A program made the translations under genes and the position numbers. The notes under the pieces are model-generated. The model was not told the DNA's origin. It did not search any database and worked only from the letters and a program-made list of their open reading frames with translations. A stretch of 25,911 bases of DNA from a virus (taxonomy: Duplodnaviria > Caudoviricetes): the IMG/VR virus record IMGVR_UViG_3300012232_000245, positions 1-25,911 of that record, one strand, 5' to 3'. Positions 15,330 to 24,402 of the stretch are shown here, piece by piece (position 1 is the stretch's first letter; each line of letters begins with the position of its first letter).

Positions 15330-18300
15330 TAGACCAGCCTCCCCTCGAAGTCCATCACGAACGTGCCGCCCTTCTCACGCGCATCCACGGTGAGGTCGAT
15401 GTCGGAGTTGGTGATGTACCCATCCCACTTGCGGTTGAGCTCGTCGATGTAGTAGACCTTCCTCCCCTTGGTGGTGCGGAGGAAGTTGCCGACCTGATCG
15501 AGCTTCAGGAGCGTGAGGTCCTGGAAGGTGGCCGTGAGGGTCCGGTACGTCGGCGTCCGCTTGTGGACCCTGAGGTTCCCACCCCTGGTCCGGTTCACCT
15601 TCACCTGCAGACCCTGACGCTGCGTGTTGCCGTACTCTGGCCTCTTCAACTGAACGGCAAGCGTGAGCTCCGGCACCGGCCCAATCAGGTACACGTGGGA
15701 GACGGAGTCCTCGGCCGGGATCGGCTTCTCAGGCGTGAAGTTCGGCTCGCAGCCCTCGTCTGCCTTGTACCCGATGAGACCCTGGACGAACGTCAACATC
15801 GAGGAGAGGAGCTTGTTGAGACTGAAGTTCAGGGTCAGGGCGGATCCGAAGTTGATGTTCTGTGAGAAGCTCTGCTGCTTCACGATGTTCGCATCCGCGA
15901 TCCCCGAGAACACCATCGACGTTTCGAGGGTTGCGGACTTCGTCAGGAAGAGACCCTGTACGAAGTTGATGGTCTGCGTGATGCTCTTGATCGGCGTCTT
16001 GATCCCAGCAAGGGTGTCGGTGAAGTGGATCGTCTGGGTAATGACCTCGGTCGCGGTCGAGCCACCCAGGTGATGGATGAACTCAATGGTATTCGACATC
16101 GACTTGTTGGCGGTGAAGTTCAGGCGGTGGGAGAAGATGATCGTGTTGGTGAGGCCGATGCTCCGCACACCCACCAGGGTTCCCACGAAGTCGATGGAGT
16201 TGGACATCACCCGCTGGAGCGTCGACAGGATGCTGCCGAAGTTGATCGTGTTCTCCATGAACGCCGCGGTACCCGCCAACGCATCTGAGGACTGGAAGTA
16301 TTCCTCACTGCCTCGCATGGAACCAACGACGCCACGGGAGTAGGCGTAGGAGGAACCGAACCTCGGGCCATGCACCGTCTGCACCGTGTCACGAACGTTG
16401 GCGGTGATCTGGGAGTTCGACCAGGAGCTACCGTCAGTCGCCCGCAGCGCGCGGTTCACCCCGAGGCCGAGGCCCGCGGAAGCCCAGCAGATCACCGGTC
16501 GACGACCGTTCATGGAGAGGGAGGGGAAGTCCTGGTCACCGTCCGCAGTGGCATGCACGTCTTCCGCGCTCCAGACTCCTACCACCGAGCGTTGGTAGTA
16601 GCGGAGCTTCACGCGGCTCGTGTACGTGGTGTCCTTGATCCTCGCGATCAGATGAACCACGCCGAGATCATCGACCGCCATGGACAGGCCGGACTGGTAG
16701 TCCGAGAGATTGTTCCCCGAACCTCCGGTGACGATCGTCTGCTCGGTTCCCCACACGCCGCCGGAGTACTTGCGGTAGAAGAGCTTGTGACTCCCACCGG
16801 ACCGGATAGAGTACGCGGCGTGGATGTCTCCGTTGACGTCGACGAATGCCGCGACTCGCCGGTACTTCTGAGGACCGGTACCTGAGCCATCACCGTTCTT
16901 CATCAACACCGACGTTGCCCACGTGGTGAGGTTGGTTGAGGTCTTGGAATACACGCGTCGGTCCGAGGTACTCGTGATGAAGCCGAACACCAGCATGTAG
17001 GTGGAGCCGGTGTAGAGGATCTGGAAGCTCTCGCTCTCCGCGATCGGCTCGTTGAGCTGCTTCTTCAGGACCCACGAGGTCCCGTTGTACTGGTAGATGT
17101 AGAAGTCATCGTTGCTGGGACGGGTGGCAACGAGGACCGGTTCATCACCGGCTCCCACACACATCGCCATTCCTGCGGGCGCCCACGTGGGTCCCACAGC
17201 GATCTCGGTCCAGACCAATCCACCATCAGTGGAACGCGCGGTCTTCAACTGGCCGCCCGAGTAGTAGCAGTGCCACATGACACCGGCCGCGGTCCGGATG
17301 ATCTGTCGACCACCGCCTGGGATCCTGTTTACCGCGGCCGACGTCACTGACCGGATGATCCAACCCTGTGGCGCGAGGGACTGCGTAAAGTTGATCGTGG
17401 TTGTCATCACCCCGAACTTGTCGGGATCCGGAGGAGCCTCACCCCACCCGAACCCGTAGAGCCAACCGAGCCGCTTCTGCAGGGTGTCACGGCCAGCGTC
17501 GTTGAGGACCTCGTTGATGATGATCAAGGCGCAGAGCTTATGGGCGCTGTACTCCACCGCAAGACTGTTCCACGCGCGACCCATCACCGGTTGGACGTTG
17601 TTGTTTCCAGTGATGTTGAAGTTCGCGGCGATGGTGCAAGCCTGCTCCGCGTCGTCGTTGACCTTGCAATCCACGCTAGCGGCGGAGTTCACCTGATACG
17701 ACTGGACCACATAGGCGTTGTCTGCCGGCGGTGACGCAGGCGTCGCGGCAGCGCCGTCTCGACCGTTACCCCACCCGGTCCGATAGAACGACATGAGGCG
17801 TCGGTTGTCGTTGCTCGCGGCGAGGGTATGGTCACCCTTTGCGATGATGGGACCGGTGCCTCCACCGGTGGTCTTGTAGACCGCGAACACCGTGCAGGCT
17901 CCAAGGTCAAACTGAGACTCCCCGAGAGCAGTTTGTGGAACTACAGTGGTGGTACCGTTGAAGACGGCGGCCGCGCGACTGTTGAGCGCGGCGTCCTCCT
18001 TCACAGGCACCGTGCCGCCTGACCACACTCCCATCTGACCGCTGATGTCGAAGACGTTGGTGATACCAGCGCCGTTCGCGATCCCGTCGTTGGACTCCTC
18101 GATGTCGAGCCACAGCTTGATGTTGTTGGGATTGCTGACGAACTCACGGAGGCCGAACTGCAGCGGCAGCCTCAGGGCCGAGAAGCTCCAGTGGGTTTTC
18201 AGCCAGTCATGGACCGTGTCCATGTCACCATCACTGAGCGCGTTCTCATACACCACCACCTGGGCGATGTCACCAGTCAGCTGCTCCGCGCCAGTATCCT

Positions 18301-18865
18301 GTGCGGGGCGACCAACCGAGAAGCCCTTGGTGTTCGTGTTCGCCGTGGTGTTCAGCGTGCTGCCAGCGTACGTCATGTCGACGCCGTTGATCCACTGCTT
18401 GTAGGTGGTTGTGTTCGTGACGCGGACTGCGACGATCACGAAACGCGTGGGACCGACACCGGCGCCCAAAACCGGGGCGACGTTAGCGTCGGCACCCGAG
18501 TAGTGGTGAAGCGCGTTGATCTGGAGCTTGCGACGATCCAAATCAGTGGGTGCACCACCGTAGTTGTTCTTGCCGCAGACCGATCCCGACTTGAGCTTCA
18601 TCACCACGAAGATCGTGTAGGCCGCGAGGTTCAGGCCAGTGGTGCTATTGCAGATGCGGTGGGCGGTGCCATCGACCCGGATGATGGGGAGGCTACCGAT
18701 GATGTTCGTCTTGTAGACGAAGCTTCCAGCCCCGTTTGCAGCGTGACGTGCGTTCCCTGACCCGTCATTCCAGGTGGCAATGTTGGTTCCATCGGCGACA
18801 GGCGTGATTGCCTGAGCGTCGAGGTCAATGCCAAGACCAGAAATGCCGAGATCAGAGATGGGCAC
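15329..18865 (-). CDS. tail protein: two LamG-like domains, BNR/Asp-box propeller, repeat stalk, C-terminal distal-tail (Dit)-like domain
   Basis: LD(A/I)...(W/V).D.SG and GDIAQVVVYENALS LamG-like motifs; STDGGLVW Asp-box; TIxF repeats. GAGGT 5 nt before GTG 18865. Confidence 0.78.
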   Translation of the reverse strand: MPISDLGISGLGIDLDAQAITPVADGTNIATWNDGSGNARHAANGAGSFVYKTNIIGSLPIIRVDGTAHRICNSTTGLNLAAYTIFVVMKLKSGSVCGKNNYGGAPTDLDRRKLQINALHHYSGADANVAPVLGAGVGPTRFVIVAVRVTNTTTYKQWINGVDMTYAGSTLNTTANTNTKGFSVGRPAQDTGAEQLTGDIAQVVVYENALSDGDMDTVHDWLKTHWSFSALRLPLQFGLREFVSNPNNIKLWLDIEESNDGIANGAGITNVFDISGQMGVWSGGTVPVKEDAALNSRAAAVFNGTTTVVPQTALGESQFDLGACTVFAVYKTTGGGTGPIIAKGDHTLAASNDNRRLMSFYRTGWGNGRDGAAATPASPPADNAYVVQSYQVNSAASVDCKVNDDAEQACTIAANFNITGNNNVQPVMGRAWNSLAVEYSAHKLCALIIINEVLNDAGRDTLQKRLGWLYGFGWGEAPPDPDKFGVMTTTINFTQSLAPQGWIIRSVTSAAVNRIPGGGRQIIRTAAGVMWHCYYSGGQLKTARSTDGGLVWTEIAVGPTWAPAGMAMCVGAGDEPVLVATRPSNDDFYIYQYNGTSWVLKKQLNEPIAESESFQILYTGSTYMLVFGFITSTSDRRVYSKTSTNLTTWATSVLMKNGDGSGTGPQKYRRVAAFVDVNGDIHAAYSIRSGGSHKLFYRKYSGGVWGTEQTIVTGGSGNNLSDYQSGLSMAVDDLGVVHLIARIKDTTYTSRVKLRYYQRSVVGVWSAEDVHATADGDQDFPSLSMNGRRPVICWASAGLGLGVNRALRATDGSSWSNSQITANVRDTVQTVHGPRFGSSYAYSRGVVGSMRGSEEYFQSSDALAGTAAFMENTINFGSILSTLQRVMSNSIDFVGTLVGVRSIGLTNTIIFSHRLNFTANKSMSNTIEFIHHLGGSTATEVITQTIHFTDTLAGIKTPIKSITQTINFVQGLFLTKSATLETSMVFSGIADANIVKQQSFSQNINFGSALTLNFSLNKLLSSMLTFVQGLIGYKADEGCEPNFTPEKPIPAEDSVSHVYLIGPVPELTLAVQLKRPEYGNTQRQGLQVKVNRTRGGNLRVHKRTPTYRTLTATFQDLTLLKLDQVGNFLRTTKGRKVYYIDELNRKWDGYITNSDIDLTVDAREKGGTFVMDFEGRLV
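15770..16258 (-). repeat. nine degenerate 17-20 aa protein repeats, consensus roughly [MIL]x[NQ]TIxFxxxL
   Basis: MENTINF, MSNSIDF, LTNTIIF, MSNTIEF, ITQTIHF, ITQTINF, LETSMVF, FSQNINF, LSSMLTF; a further copy MTTTINF near 17390. Confidence 0.85.
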
Positions 18866-18879
18866 GCTACACCTCGATA

Positions 18880-18903
18880 CCGTGGGGCCTTGCGGCCCCA
18901 CGG
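18880..18903 (-). terminator. perfect 10-bp hairpin with GCAA tetraloop; weak terminator, attenuator or mRNA stabiliser
   Basis: CCGTGGGGCC-GCAA-GGCCCCACGG on the - strand; followed by TATC only, no U-tract. Confidence 0.6.
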
Positions 18904-18951
18904 CGGAAGAGAGGAACGCCCGGCCGTGGCAGCCGAGCTAGACGACGAGGG

Positions 18952-19935
18952 TTAGCTCGCCGTCGTGTTGAGGGTGTAGGTGAGCTTCAGCGTGTCGCCG
19001 TTGCTGACCGTCTGGTTGCCGCCCGAGAAGGTCGCGGTCATGAACAGCGTGCCGGTGGTGCCGGACTTCGTGGACGAGGAGGTGAGGAACCCGCCCGCCA
19101 CCGTGCCGGAACCGTTCATCGAGAAGTCCGACGTCACCGAGTTCGTCATCGAACCCGCGGCCGCCGCTCCCTCGTCCCACGCGACGCGGTTGGTCTGGGA
19201 GTACGTGGTGTACTCCGTCCAGCCCGCGTGCGAGCCCATCGTGTCGGCGGCCGCGAGCGTCGGGGCGCTCGAGCCGTTGATCAGGCCGAGGTACCACGTC
19301 GTCACCTGCGTGCCGGAGTTGAAGCCGGCGTCGAGGACGTAGTTGAGACCCACGGTGGTGATGCCGTTCAGGTCCATCACCCCGGTGGACTTCACCTGGC
19401 CGGCGACGTCGTACAGCGTGTACGAGATCCCACCACCGAGGGCGAGGATGGCCGCGATGCCCTGTCGGATCGCGAACCGCTTCATGATCCCGTAGGGCAC
19501 GAAGTTCAACATGCCCCGGAGGAACGCGTGCGCCTGACGCGCCAGCCAGTTCCACCCGAGGATCAGCTTCGTTCCGAGCCAGCGGAACGCGCCGCTGGTC
19601 GCCTGCTGCTCGAGCTCCGCCCGCGTGATGAGCCTCTGGTCTTCCAGCAGCGAAAGGCGCGTCGCCTCGGTTGCGACGGACTCGTCGCCGAGTTCCTCCG
19701 CCGCCGACTTGACGAGCATGAGCTTGCTCTTGCGGATGCGCTCCTGTCGCGCCGCCATCCGGACCGCGAGGTCCTGGACGCGCCTCTCCTCTTGCGCCGG
19801 CGTCAGGCGAACGACCTGAGCGTCCAGCGTGACCATCTGGCTGCGAAGACGCAACCTTCCATCCTTCGCCGCGCGGGACTCGACTCGCCGTCGCTCCCGC
19901 TCGGCCTCTTCCTCGGGCGTCAGGTGACGGCCCAT
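18952..19935 (-). CDS. virion structural protein (putative fibre subunit) with long N-terminal extension
   Basis: GGAGGTG RBS; C-terminal NGITTVG...WYLGLI...GWTE...R..W...F...GDTLKLTY beta-rich domain familiar from phage tail regions; very strong codon bias. Confidence 0.75.
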   Translation of the reverse strand: MGRHLTPEEEAERERRRVESRAAKDGRLRLRSQMVTLDAQVVRLTPAQEERRVQDLAVRMAARQERIRKSKLMLVKSAAEELGDESVATEATRLSLLEDQRLITRAELEQQATSGAFRWLGTKLILGWNWLARQAHAFLRGMLNFVPYGIMKRFAIRQGIAAILALGGGISYTLYDVAGQVKSTGVMDLNGITTVGLNYVLDAGFNSGTQVTTWYLGLINGSSAPTLAAADTMGSHAGWTEYTTYSQTNRVAWDEGAAAAGSMTNSVTSDFSMNGSGTVAGGFLTSSSTKSGTTGTLFMTATFSGGNQTVSNGDTLKLTYTLNTTAS

Positions 19936-19946
19936 GGCAGCACCTC

Positions 19947-22900
19947 CTATTTGCCGAGCGACGGTGCTTCGCCGCGCTCGATATGCCTCTTGATGTCCTT
20001 GGCCAGCCGACGCGCGTCAGCTTTCTTTGGCCCGCCTTCACCACCACCGACCTCTACGTGAAGGGTATCGACGTTGGTGATCTTGCTTGTGTTGTTGGTT
20101 GTCATGGAACGACTCGGCTCCATGGGTACGAACCCCGTGGAACCGCGAAGGAGATCGATGAGTTGCAGACCCTGGAGCTTCATGATGAGCTCGTCGGGTA
20201 CCGCGCCCATGACGTCCTTCAGTTCCTTCGCCTTCTCGATGACCTTGTCCATGGCCTGGAGCGCCGGGTTGGCGGTGAACTTTTCGAACCAGTTCGCCTC
20301 TCCGGTCAGCTTGAGGATCATCTCCTTGATCTTCATCAAGGCCTCGTCGGAGGGAGCGCTGCCGAGTTCCTTGATGGCGCGACCCACATCGACGACACCC
20401 TGCTCGAAGTTCTTGAGCTTCTCCTCGGCCTGCTTCGCGGCGGCCGTGAACTCCTGTTCCTTCTTGGTGGCATCCGCGAGCTTGGAGTTCAGGGACTCCT
20501 GCTCAGCGCCGAAGACCGCGTTCATCTCGCCCTGGAGTCTCTCCATGGCGCCGATGACCTTCTCACGGTTCCCCTTGGTGTTGCCACCAACGACTTCGAG
20601 CATGGACTCGTATGCGGCCATCGCGTCCTTGACGAGGTCCTCTGCGCGATCCTTGTCACCGGCCTTGAGTGCCTTGTTCGCGAGTTCCTCTAGCTTCTGG
20701 CCCTTCTGGAGACGGTTCTCCATCATCTGCTTGGGCGTGCGGTCCTGGTCCTTCAGCTTGTCGATGGACTCCTGGACTGAGTCGTTGAACTTATCGCGCT
20801 GATCCTTGAGCTTCTCCAGCTCCTTGATCGCATCTTCGGCCGCCCTGTGTTGCTCCTTGGCCCACTCGCGGTTCGCCGCGATCGCGCCCCTGATCGCGTC
20901 TCGGTTGTCCTTGATCCACTGCTGTAGACGCTCGTACCCCTCCATCACCTGACCCTTGAGGGTCTCGGAGTACCACTCCTTGATGAGCTGCGCCTGGTCG
21001 CGCTTCGCCTCCTCGATCTTCTTCCCGGCCTCTGCCGCCTCCTTACCCCAGGCCTTCTGCGCTCGCGCGGCTTGCTTGGAGTCGATCTCCATCTGCTCGA
21101 TCACTACGCTGAGGTCTGCGACCTCTTGCGCGAGCCGGGCGACGGCGTCCAGGTTGGCGCCGATCATCTCAGCGTTGCCCTTGATGAACTGACCCGCACC
21201 CTTCCACCCAGCGATGATGTCGTCAACGTTGGTCTTCGCGTCTTCGGCCGTGGTCGCAAACCCCTTCTGGGTCGCCTCGGCCATCTGGTTCAGGGTGTTG
21301 ATCTCATCATCGATTGCGGCCACACGCTCGAGCGAACCCTTCTTGACCGCCTCTGTTCGCTCCTCCTCGAGGCGCTTGATCTTCCCCTCGAGGACCGAGA
21401 TCTGGACCGTCTGTCCAGCCATCCTGAGTGCGTTCCAGACGTTGTGGATGGCGTTGAAGATCGTGCGAACCGCGGCCAGGATCCCAGCCAGGACTCCGGA
21501 GGCCACGTGCCAGAGGAACTGGAAGACGCCGGCGAAGATCCGCACCGCCATCTCGAGTCGCTTGAAGCCCGACTCGATCTTCTTCTGCATGATCTCGATG
21601 CCGTTCATCCCGTTGGTCGCATCACCGAAGACACCGAGCAAGCTCCCACCCATGTCGATGGCAGAGATCTTCATCTGCGCCATCAGCCGTTCCCACTTGA
21701 CCTGGGTGGTGTCCATCATCTCCTTGGTCTTCTGGTCCGCCATGCCCATGGAGTTGGACATCTCATCGAAGGTACTGGTCAGGGCGGCGAACTGGGAGTC
21801 AGTGAGATCACCCCACGCCGCCAATTCACGGAGGTCATCGGCCACCGTGTTGAGAAGTCCGGGATGCTTCTGGAGCTCCGCGCGGAAGTTGGCCACCGTC
21901 TTGATGAGGCCATTCGCCTTGAGCGCCGCGGGCGTGAGACCGAGCCCGAACTCCTGGATCGCTTTCCTCGCCTCCTTGCTGGGGTCCACGATGTTCTTGA
22001 AGAGGTTGCGGAGGAGGGTACCAGCCTGCTCCGTGGATCGCGTGCGAGAGAGGGCGGCGAACGCGGCCATCATCTCCTGGATGTTCACACCAGCGAGGCG
22101 AGCGGTGGGCGCGATCTTGCCGATTTCAGAGGCGAACTGCTCGACCTCCACGCGACCGCGATCGGTCATCACGAAGATCATGTCACGCAGGTGGGACATG
22201 TCGCCGATCGTCAGGTTGAACGCGTTGCGAAGCATGGCGAGCAGGTCGGTCGTCTTCTCCACAGAGGCGTTCGACATGGCCGCGAGCTTCGAGGCCTCCT
22301 TCATGAACTGCATCACTTCGCCAGGCGGGATATCTGAGGAGATCGCGATCCTCATTCCCTCAGCCGTGGCCAGCGGGCTGTTGCCGAACATCCGGCTCAG
22401 CTCCTTCGCCTGATCGCTGAGGGTCTTGAAGTCCGACTCGTTCTTCTTCACCAGCAGGTTCACGCGGGTCATGGCGTGCTCGAAGTCCATCGCCATCTTG
22501 AACACCGCACCAGCGGTGACGCCGGAGACCATGGCGACGAGGCCGGTGAAGGAGCTGGTCAGCAGGGCCATCTGGGAGTTCGCGTTCTGCAGACCTCGGA
22601 CCACTCCTAGGATACCCTTGGTACCGAGCGCCGTCCCGCGTTCCAGCCGCTTTGCCCACCGATCGATGAGGTTTGTACCGTGCACCACTTCCCGGTTCAT
22701 CGGTGAGATGACGCCCTGGCTGGCGAGCTCCCTCAAGCGGGTCCGACTGGGACCCTTCATATACATCTCGTTGAGGGACTTGAAGGTCCGCGTGCGGTGG
22801 AGCTTCTCCTCGGCCAGTTCCACCTTGCGGATCTGCGCGTGCTCCCGCTCGCGAGCGGCAACGGCGGCGCGTAGGCGACGGCTCATGTCAGCGTCGTTCT

Positions 22901-23645
22901 TGGCACGGGTCCTCTCCAGCTCCGTCTCTGCGCCCTTGACCTCCTTGACCTTGTCGCGGAGCTGCTCCATCGACATCTGGAGCCGTGCCATGTTGAGGGC
23001 CATCTTGCCCTCACCCATCTCGATGCTCGGCAGCTTGAAGTCCGTCATGCCAGCGCCGGTGGCCATCTTCTTCATGCGCTGCATGATGCGCGCGATCCGG
23101 ATGTCCGCCGCGCTGTCGTACGCCATGGGATCCGTGGACATGAACGTGTCCGCAGACTTACGGCGAGAGATGGGCTTACCGCTGGGGTCTACGATCGCCT
23201 GACGCCAGGCTCCTGCCTTCATCTCGTTGAGGACCTTCTTCATCCTCTCGAGGGCGGCGACGTTGACGACGATCTTCTCGGTGTTCTGGTCCCACTTGAC
23301 GCCCATCGAGTTGATGCTCTGCTCGAGCGTCATGTTGCCGGTCAAGATCGACTGGACCGTCGCATTCATCTGCTCGGCCGAGCCACCGATCCCGGACATC
23401 ATCTGGGCGAGCGTCATCTCACCAGCATGCAGAGAGTGGAGGTCTGCCTCCACCGCCTTGCTCACACCTCCAATCGACGCGATGGCACCAGCAACGTTCA
23501 TCGAACCAGAGGCAACCTGCTGGAACGTACCCTCGATCGTCGACAGGAAGGCGACGAACCTAGCGGCAGACTTCTGGGCAGCGTCAAGCCCAGCCTGCCA
23601 ACCACTAGGGTCGATGTTCATCCCAGCATTGACATCGTCACTCAT
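19947..23645 (-). CDS. tail tape measure protein
   Basis: 1232 aa, helical, Ala/Lys/Glu-rich; TP901-like core (DFEHAMTRV...LSDQAKELS...KLAA); follows the chaperone genes. Confidence 0.93.
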   Translation of the reverse strand: MSDDVNAGMNIDPSGWQAGLDAAQKSAARFVAFLSTIEGTFQQVASGSMNVAGAIASIGGVSKAVEADLHSLHAGEMTLAQMMSGIGGSAEQMNATVQSILTGNMTLEQSINSMGVKWDQNTEKIVVNVAALERMKKVLNEMKAGAWRQAIVDPSGKPISRRKSADTFMSTDPMAYDSAADIRIARIMQRMKKMATGAGMTDFKLPSIEMGEGKMALNMARLQMSMEQLRDKVKEVKGAETELERTRAKNDADMSRRLRAAVAAREREHAQIRKVELAEEKLHRTRTFKSLNEMYMKGPSRTRLRELASQGVISPMNREVVHGTNLIDRWAKRLERGTALGTKGILGVVRGLQNANSQMALLTSSFTGLVAMVSGVTAGAVFKMAMDFEHAMTRVNLLVKKNESDFKTLSDQAKELSRMFGNSPLATAEGMRIAISSDIPPGEVMQFMKEASKLAAMSNASVEKTTDLLAMLRNAFNLTIGDMSHLRDMIFVMTDRGRVEVEQFASEIGKIAPTARLAGVNIQEMMAAFAALSRTRSTEQAGTLLRNLFKNIVDPSKEARKAIQEFGLGLTPAALKANGLIKTVANFRAELQKHPGLLNTVADDLRELAAWGDLTDSQFAALTSTFDEMSNSMGMADQKTKEMMDTTQVKWERLMAQMKISAIDMGGSLLGVFGDATNGMNGIEIMQKKIESGFKRLEMAVRIFAGVFQFLWHVASGVLAGILAAVRTIFNAIHNVWNALRMAGQTVQISVLEGKIKRLEEERTEAVKKGSLERVAAIDDEINTLNQMAEATQKGFATTAEDAKTNVDDIIAGWKGAGQFIKGNAEMIGANLDAVARLAQEVADLSVVIEQMEIDSKQAARAQKAWGKEAAEAGKKIEEAKRDQAQLIKEWYSETLKGQVMEGYERLQQWIKDNRDAIRGAIAANREWAKEQHRAAEDAIKELEKLKDQRDKFNDSVQESIDKLKDQDRTPKQMMENRLQKGQKLEELANKALKAGDKDRAEDLVKDAMAAYESMLEVVGGNTKGNREKVIGAMERLQGEMNAVFGAEQESLNSKLADATKKEQEFTAAAKQAEEKLKNFEQGVVDVGRAIKELGSAPSDEALMKIKEMILKLTGEANWFEKFTANPALQAMDKVIEKAKELKDVMGAVPDELIMKLQGLQLIDLLRGSTGFVPMEPSRSMTTNNTSKITNVDTLHVEVGGGEGGPKKADARRLAKDIKRHIERGEAPSLGK

Positions 23646-23850
23646 CGTCGAGACTTCCGGCCTTCTCCTCCATACGGAGGGTAGCGAATGCGATCAACAG
23701 TACCTGCTCGGCGTAGGTCAGGTCACGCCAGCACCGTCCGTAGAAGCTGCGCGGATCGACCGTCTCAACCGCGCGCAGCTCCCAGTACCGCGTGTCCCGC
23801 CCAGAGTTCTTGGGAATGGGCTTCGATTGCCCCACCCCGCCGAGCGTGAT
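23638..23850 (-). CDS. tail assembly chaperone C-terminal extension (gpT-like, -1 frame)
   Basis: Short ORF between chaperone and tape measure, in the -1 frame of the chaperone, no clear RBS; WRDLTYAEQVLLIAF. Confidence 0.65.
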   Translation of the reverse strand: MTLGGVGQSKPIPKNSGRDTRYWELRAVETVDPRSFYGRCWRDLTYAEQVLLIAFATLRMEEKAGSLDDE

Positions 23851-24356
23851 CAGGAACTTCGTGCCTTCTCGATGTCCTCCGACAGGTTCATGAGGTTGGT
23901 GATCTCACCCATCAAGCGACCGAGGTCACCCATGGTGAAGCCGAACTCGACGAGCTCCTTGAAGAACGCCGTGTAGAACTCCGGCGTGTCCTTCTCCGGT
24001 GCCGCCGGCTTCTCCACCTCGGGATCGTCGATGCCGTGGAAGAGGATGAAGGCCATGCGGCCCTGGAAGCTCTTCCTGTTGGCCTCACGCCACTCGGGTG
24101 TCTCGAGATCGGCCACCTGAGGCTTCTTCGTCTCGGGGTCGCGGAGCACCACGCCCCTGGCATCCATCGCCCAGCCCTGCGGCTTCGGCGGTTCCGGGAA
24201 CAGGTCGAACATCTTGGTCTCGTTCCCGACCGGCAGTGCGCGAACGCGGATGGCGAGCTCTTCCATGCTCTCCACCCCGTTCTCCCCGGTGGTGGTGCGA
24301 GCGAGTCGCACCACCTTCCGGGGTACGTCGAACTTCGTCTTGCCACGGATCTTCAC
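23850..24356 (-). CDS. tail assembly chaperone (gpG-like)
   Basis: AAGGAGGAG RBS; position between major tail and tape measure genes. Confidence 0.75.
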   Translation of the reverse strand: MKIRGKTKFDVPRKVVRLARTTTGENGVESMEELAIRVRALPVGNETKMFDLFPEPPKPQGWAMDARGVVLRDPETKKPQVADLETPEWREANRKSFQGRMAFILFHGIDDPEVEKPAAPEKDTPEFYTAFFKELVEFGFTMGDLGRLMGEITNLMNLSEDIEKARSS

Positions 24357-24369
24357 AGCTCTCCTCCTT

Positions 24370-24400
24370 GGGCCTTCGCCCGGCTGCGGCAGTTAGCCGC
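24370..24400 (-). promoter_or_regulatory. two mini-hairpins between major tail and chaperone genes
   Basis: GCGGC-TAACT-GCCGC (24386-24400) and GGGC-GAAG-GCCC (24370-24381), directly before the RBS. Confidence 0.4.
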
Positions 24401-24402
24401 TG

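Noticed and set aside
18866-18901. ORF-track start at 18901 for the 1190-aa protein
   Set aside because: It lies inside the hairpin; GTG 18865 has a proper GAGGT RBS.
18808-20061. 369-aa same-strand and 417-aa antisense ORFs over the putative fibre subunit gene
   Set aside because: Arg/Gly-rich by-products of extreme codon bias; the main frame shows no codon distortion, unlike the polymerase case.
19983-23976. Long + strand ORFs (up to 421 aa) antisense to the tape measure gene
   Set aside because: Expected shadows of a G/C-third-position-biased gene: TTA/CTA/TCA are rare in the sense frame. No RBS or recognisable motifs.
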